DNA of 64,000 nucleotides, taken from the NCBI GenBank assembly GCA_027068075.1, contig JAMOUJ010000006.1, forward strand, positions 218,706 through 282,705, read 5' to 3'. Below are positions 58,326 through 64,000 of the stretch, one piece after another (the first letter of the stretch is position 1; the number at the start of each line of letters is the position of its first letter). A model generated the notes under the pieces. The model did no database searches, was not told the DNA's origin, and saw only the letters and a program-made list of their open reading frames with translations. A program made the position numbers and the translations under genes. Source of the DNA: Candidatus Aminicenantes bacterium. Its GTDB lineage: Bacteria > Acidobacteriota > Aminicenantia > S016-38.

Positions 58326-59340
58326 GATCTCTCCTTAAATATACGGTTTGTATGGGGAAGGGGATTTCAATTCCCTCCTCCTTGAAGTTTTTGAGTATCC
58401 TATCCCTGATTTTATCCGCCGTGGTGAACACCTGCCTGGGGTCGTTCACATGAAAGACCAGGAGGAAGTTCAGGGCGGAGTCCCCGAAGTCGGTAAAAAA
58501 GGCCGAAGGGGCCGGGTGGCGCAGGACTTCCTCCACCTCCAGGGCGGATTTTACCAGAACTTCCCTTACCCTTGCCGGGTCCGCATCGTAGGCCACCCCC
58601 ACCGATATCCTTCCCGTGGACCTGCTTTCGGGGAGGTAGAAGTTCACGACCTTGCTTTTGACCAGCAGGGAATTGGGTATGATCAGAACATAGTTTTCCA
58701 GGGTTTTTATCTTGGTGGTCCTCAGCCCTATTTCCAGCACATCGCCGAATTCTCCTCCCTCCAGTTTTATCCTGTCCCCCACCTTGAAGGGTTGGTCCAG
58801 GAGTATGGTGAGGCCGGCTATTATGTTGGCCAGGGTGTCCTGGGCGGCAAGCCCTATGGCCAGGGAACCCACCCCCATGGATACTATCAGGGAAGAGATG
58901 TCGTAGTTAAACCTCTTCATGACGATCATCAACCCTGCCGTCCACACGAAGAGTTTTTCCCCGATCTCCACGATGGGGGAGAACCTCCGCAGGAATTCTT
59001 TGTTTGAGGAGGTTTCGTGGAGCCACTGAATTATGGCCTTGAAGAGGTTGTTTACGGCCAGGATCACCAGGAGAACGATGAGGACGAAGAGCGTATCGTG
59101 GATTATCCTGGAAAGGGGCGGTTTAAGGCTGGCGAAGTGAAGGGCGATGTGGGCGGCAAGGACCACCGCCGCCAGTTGCAGGGGAGTGGAAAGAGCCCTG
59201 ACGGCGTAATCGTCCAGTTTGGTCTTGGTTCTGGAGTACACGCCCCTGGCTATTCTGAGGATAAGTTTTACCAGAAAGATTCCCAGAAGCGAGAGGGCCA
59301 CAAAAATCAATAAAAATAGTGCCCATCCCTCTATTTTCAT
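58309..59340 (-). CDS. Small-conductance mechanosensitive channel (MscS family)
   Basis: G.G..AIG.A.Q..L.N..AG, PF.VGD.I, G.V..IG.R.T, IPN, FGDS, GIEIPFP. Confidence 0.92.
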   Translation of the reverse strand: MKIEGWALFLLIFVALSLLGIFLVKLILRIARGVYSRTKTKLDDYAVRALSTPLQLAAVVLAAHIALHFASLKPPLSRIIHDTLFVLIVLLVILAVNNLFKAIIQWLHETSSNKEFLRRFSPIVEIGEKLFVWTAGLMIVMKRFNYDISSLIVSMGVGSLAIGLAAQDTLANIIAGLTILLDQPFKVGDRIKLEGGEFGDVLEIGLRTTKIKTLENYVLIIPNSLLVKSKVVNFYLPESRSTGRISVGVAYDADPARVREVLVKSALEVEEVLRHPAPSAFFTDFGDSALNFLLVFHVNDPRQVFTTADKIRDRILKNFKEEGIEIPFPIQTVYLRRDHESEN

Positions 59341-59366
59341 GGCTTTTTCTCCTTCAGGCGGGGAAT

Positions 59367-59453
59367 TGGTGCCGAGGGCGGGACTCGAACCCGCACGGGC
59401 TTAGACCCACCAACACCTCAAGCTGGCGCGTCTGCCAATTCCGCCACCTCGGC
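59367..59453 (-). tRNA. tRNA-Leu (GAG), CCA encoded
   Basis: GCCGAGGTGGCGGAATTGGCAGACGCGCCAGCTT-GAG-GTGTTGG, long variable arm, GGTTCGAGTCCCGCCCTCGGCACCA; follows secG. Confidence 0.96.
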
Positions 59454-59459
59454 ATCCGT

Positions 59460-59747
59460 TTATTTTTTCGTTTCGCTCTGTTTGACTACGGATTTCTCCA
59501 GAACGGAGGATTTTTCGGCCTTGGAGGAAAGAATGTAGAGACTCAGGGATGTCAGGATAAAGAGGGTGGCCAGCACCGCCGTTACCTTGGCCAGGACGGT
59601 GGTGGCTCCCCGGGGGCCGAACACCGAGGAACTGCTGGCTCCTCCGAACACCGCCGCTATGTCCGCCTTCTGCCCGCTCTGCATGAGAATAACTATAATG
59701 AGCAGGATGGAAATAATCACATGAAAAACTAAAATGACATCATACAT
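59460..59747 (-). CDS. secG: Preprotein translocase subunit SecG
   Basis: ILMQ.G......FGG....VFG.RG....L.K.T; gene order tpiA-secG-tRNA-Leu. Confidence 0.94.
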   Translation of the reverse strand: MYDVILVFHVIISILLIIVILMQSGQKADIAAVFGGASSSSVFGPRGATTVLAKVTAVLATLFILTSLSLYILSSKAEKSSVLEKSVVKQSETKK

Positions 59748-59759
59748 GATCCTTTCTCC

Positions 59760-60502
59760 TCAAAACAAAGGCCCTGAGTCCTTCACTTCAAAGGCCTTAA
59801 TTCCAGACTGGATTATATCATAAAAGGAATCGGGTTTCAAGGAAGCACCCCCCACCAGGACCCCGTCTATGTGGGGCTGGCTCAGGAGGGAAAAGGCGTT
59901 TCCCGGCTTTACCGAGCCTCCGTAGAGGACCTTGACTTCCCCCAGGTACTGTTTTATGAAGGCGTGAACCTCTTCGGCTTGCTCCGGGGTGGCGTTCTTT
60001 CCCGTTCCTATGGCCCATATGGGTTCGTAGGCGATAATCACCCGGGAGGGATGGATTCCGGAGAGGTCCGCATCCAACTGAAATTTTATCTTTTCCATGG
60101 CCCTTCCCTCCTCCCTCTCCTGAAGGTTTTCTCCCACACAGAGGATGGGTTTAAGGCCGTAATCTAAGGCGGTTTTCAGTTTGAGGTTTATCAGTTCGTC
60201 GTCCTCCCCCAGGATGTTTCTCCTCTCCGAGTGGCCCACCAGGACGAAGTCCACCCTGGCCTCCACCAGCATTTTCGCCGATATTTCCCCGGTGAAGGCT
60301 CCATGGGGCCTCCAGTATAGGTTCTGGGCCCCTAAGAATATCCCCCTTTCCCTGGCCAGGTCCTTCACATAGGCTATGGTTACGAAGGGAGGAAAGATCA
60401 CCACATCCGCCTTTTTTCCGGGGATTTCCTTTATTTCCTCAAAGAAGGTCTTGCCTTCCTGGGGACCGTGATTCATCTTCCAGTTTCCGGCTATTAAGGG
60501 CT

Positions 60503-60506
<4 letters not shown>
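59760..60506 (-). CDS. tpiA: Triosephosphate isomerase
   Basis: AGNWKMN, GHSERR, AYEPIWAIGTG, YGGSV, VGGASL. Confidence 0.98.
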
Positions 60507-62706
<2,200 letters not shown>

Positions 62707-62776
62707 TTATTATCTCCTGCCTCTGGTTGTCAACAGGATTTTTTCGTAGGATAATAAAAAAAATATGGAGGTCATC

Positions 62777-63553
62777 ATGATAGAGGAGAAAAAGATAACC
62801 GAAGTTATAATACGGAGTTACAGCGAGAAACTTCTGAAACATCTGGAGAACGATGTTCTCATCGCAGGGAGCGGTCCCTCCGGGTTGGTGGCCGCCTATT
62901 ATCTGGCGAAAAACGGAGTGAAGACCGCCATCCTGGAGAAGAAACTCAGCATCGGAGGGGGGATCTGGGGCGGTGGGATGATGTTCAATTCCATCGTGGT
63001 TCAAGAGGAGGGAAAGGAAATACTTGAGGAATTCGGCATCCCCCACCAGGAGGTTTCCCCGGGCTACTTCGTGGCCGATGCGGTTCTCGTGGCCACCCTC
63101 CTTGCCTCCAGAGCCCTTCTGGCCGGAGCCGTCATCTTCAACGGGATATACCTGGAGGATGTGATTCTGAAGGAGGGCAGGGTTGGAGGGGCCGTCATAA
63201 ACTGGTCTGCGGTGGAGGTGGCGGGGCTTCATGTGGATCCCCTTACCCTCCATTCAAGGTTTCTCATAGATGCCACCGGCCACGATGCGGAGGTGGTGAA
63301 GGTTCTCCAGGAGAAGAGCAAGGTTAAACTTAAGACCCCCTCGGGTAAAATGGAGGGGGAAAGGTCCATGTGGGCGGACAAGGCCGAAAACTTCGTGGCC
63401 TCTAACACCAGGGAGGTGTTTCCCGGCCTGATAGTGGCTGGGATGGCCGCCAACGCCACCTTCGGAGGGCCCAGGATGGGGCCCATCTTCGGCGGAATGT
63501 TTCTTTCGGGAAAACGGGCCGCCGAGATAATTCTTGAAGAAATCAGGGGGTAA
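62777..63553 (+). CDS. thi4: Thi4-type thiazole synthase (His-type, sulfide-dependent)
   Basis: GSGPSGL, GGG.WGGG, INW..V....[32 protein letters not shown]. Confidence 0.93.
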   Translation: MIEEKKITEVIIRSYSEKLLKHLENDVLIAGSGPSGLVAAYYLAKNGVKTAILEKKLSIGGGIWGGGMMFNSIVVQEEGKEILEEFGIPHQEVSPGYFVADAVLVATLLASRALLAGAVIFNGIYLEDVILKEGRVGGAVINWSAVEVAGLHVDPLTLHSRFLIDATGHDAEVVKVLQEKSKVKLKTPSGKMEGERSMWADKAENFVASNTREVFPGLIVAGMAANATFGGPRMGPIFGGMFLSGKRAAEIILEEIRG

Positions 63554-63556
63554 AAA

Positions 63557-64000
63557 ATGGCACAGAAAAATGTTCTCCCCTTTGAAGAGCCCATCGTGGA
63601 ATTGAGGGAGAAGATAAGGGAACTTCAGAAAAGAAGGGACGAGGAAGCCAGGATCAAGGAAAGGGAGTTGATGGAAGAACTGGATCGGGAGTGGAAGAGG
63701 ATCACCTCCTCCCTGAGCCGGTGGCAGAAAACCCTCCTTGCCCGTCATCCCCTGAGACCTTACACTCTGGACTACATTTACCGCCTCTTTGACGATTTCG
63801 TGGAATTGCACGGAGACAGGCGCTTCGCCGACGACCCGGCCATAGTGGCGGGCTTTGGGTTTTACCACGGAATGTCCGTGGCGGTGGTGGGACACCAGAA
63901 GGGAAGGACCACCCAGGAGAGGCTCAAGAGAAACTTTGGACAGGCCAATCCTGAGGGTTATCGCAAGGCCATAAGGATAATGAAGATGGCGGAGAAGTTT
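63557..64000 (+). CDS. accA: Acetyl-CoA carboxylase carboxyltransferase alpha subunit (3'-truncated by the window edge)
   Basis: Manual translation: [43 protein letters not shown]...PEGYRKA.R.M.MAEKF. Confidence 0.95.
   Translation, partial: MAQKNVLPFEEPIVELREKIRELQKRRDEEARIKERELMEELDREWKRITSSLSRWQKTLLARHPLRPYTLDYIYRLFDDFVELHGDRRFADDPAIVAGFGFYHGMSVAVVGHQKGRTTQERLKRNFGQANPEGYRKAIRIMKMAEKF

Overview
A densely packed 64-kb bacterial chromosome segment with about 60 CDSs and 3 tRNAs (Asp-GTC, Val-TAC, Leu-GAG). I found no mobile element, CRISPR array or rRNA. The host is probably a diderm thermophilic anaerobe; this is inferred from the TonB-dependent receptor, beta-barrel-like proteins, E/K/R-rich proteins, fhs, butyrate kinase and a His-type Thi4. 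Most of the window is housekeeping (dnaE, ktrAB, lepB, coaD, folD, nrdR, lon, thiL, phoH-ybeY-era cluster, ileS-lspA-lgt-rluD, purSQL, gap-pgk-tpiA-secG, accA). The standout is a signalling island at about 11.8-16.8 kb. A REC-DUF4388(PATAN)-roadblock fusion and an H-NOX heme sensor are followed by a tandemly duplicated roadblock + H-NOX pair. This operon sits behind a textbook sigma54 promoter and is divergent from a soluble histidine kinase and a sigma54 activator. The fusion gene also contains a perfect in-frame internal Shine-Dalgarno/ATG that would release a free 130-aa roadblock protein. Other notable items are two orphan family-5 solute-binding proteins coupled to a sensor kinase, a CARDB-fused TonB receptor, recurrent leaderless-type promoters, an unannotated 35-aa basic ORF, and strong avoidance of AGCT, TCGA and ACGT. 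All family calls are by-eye motif recognition, not database searches.
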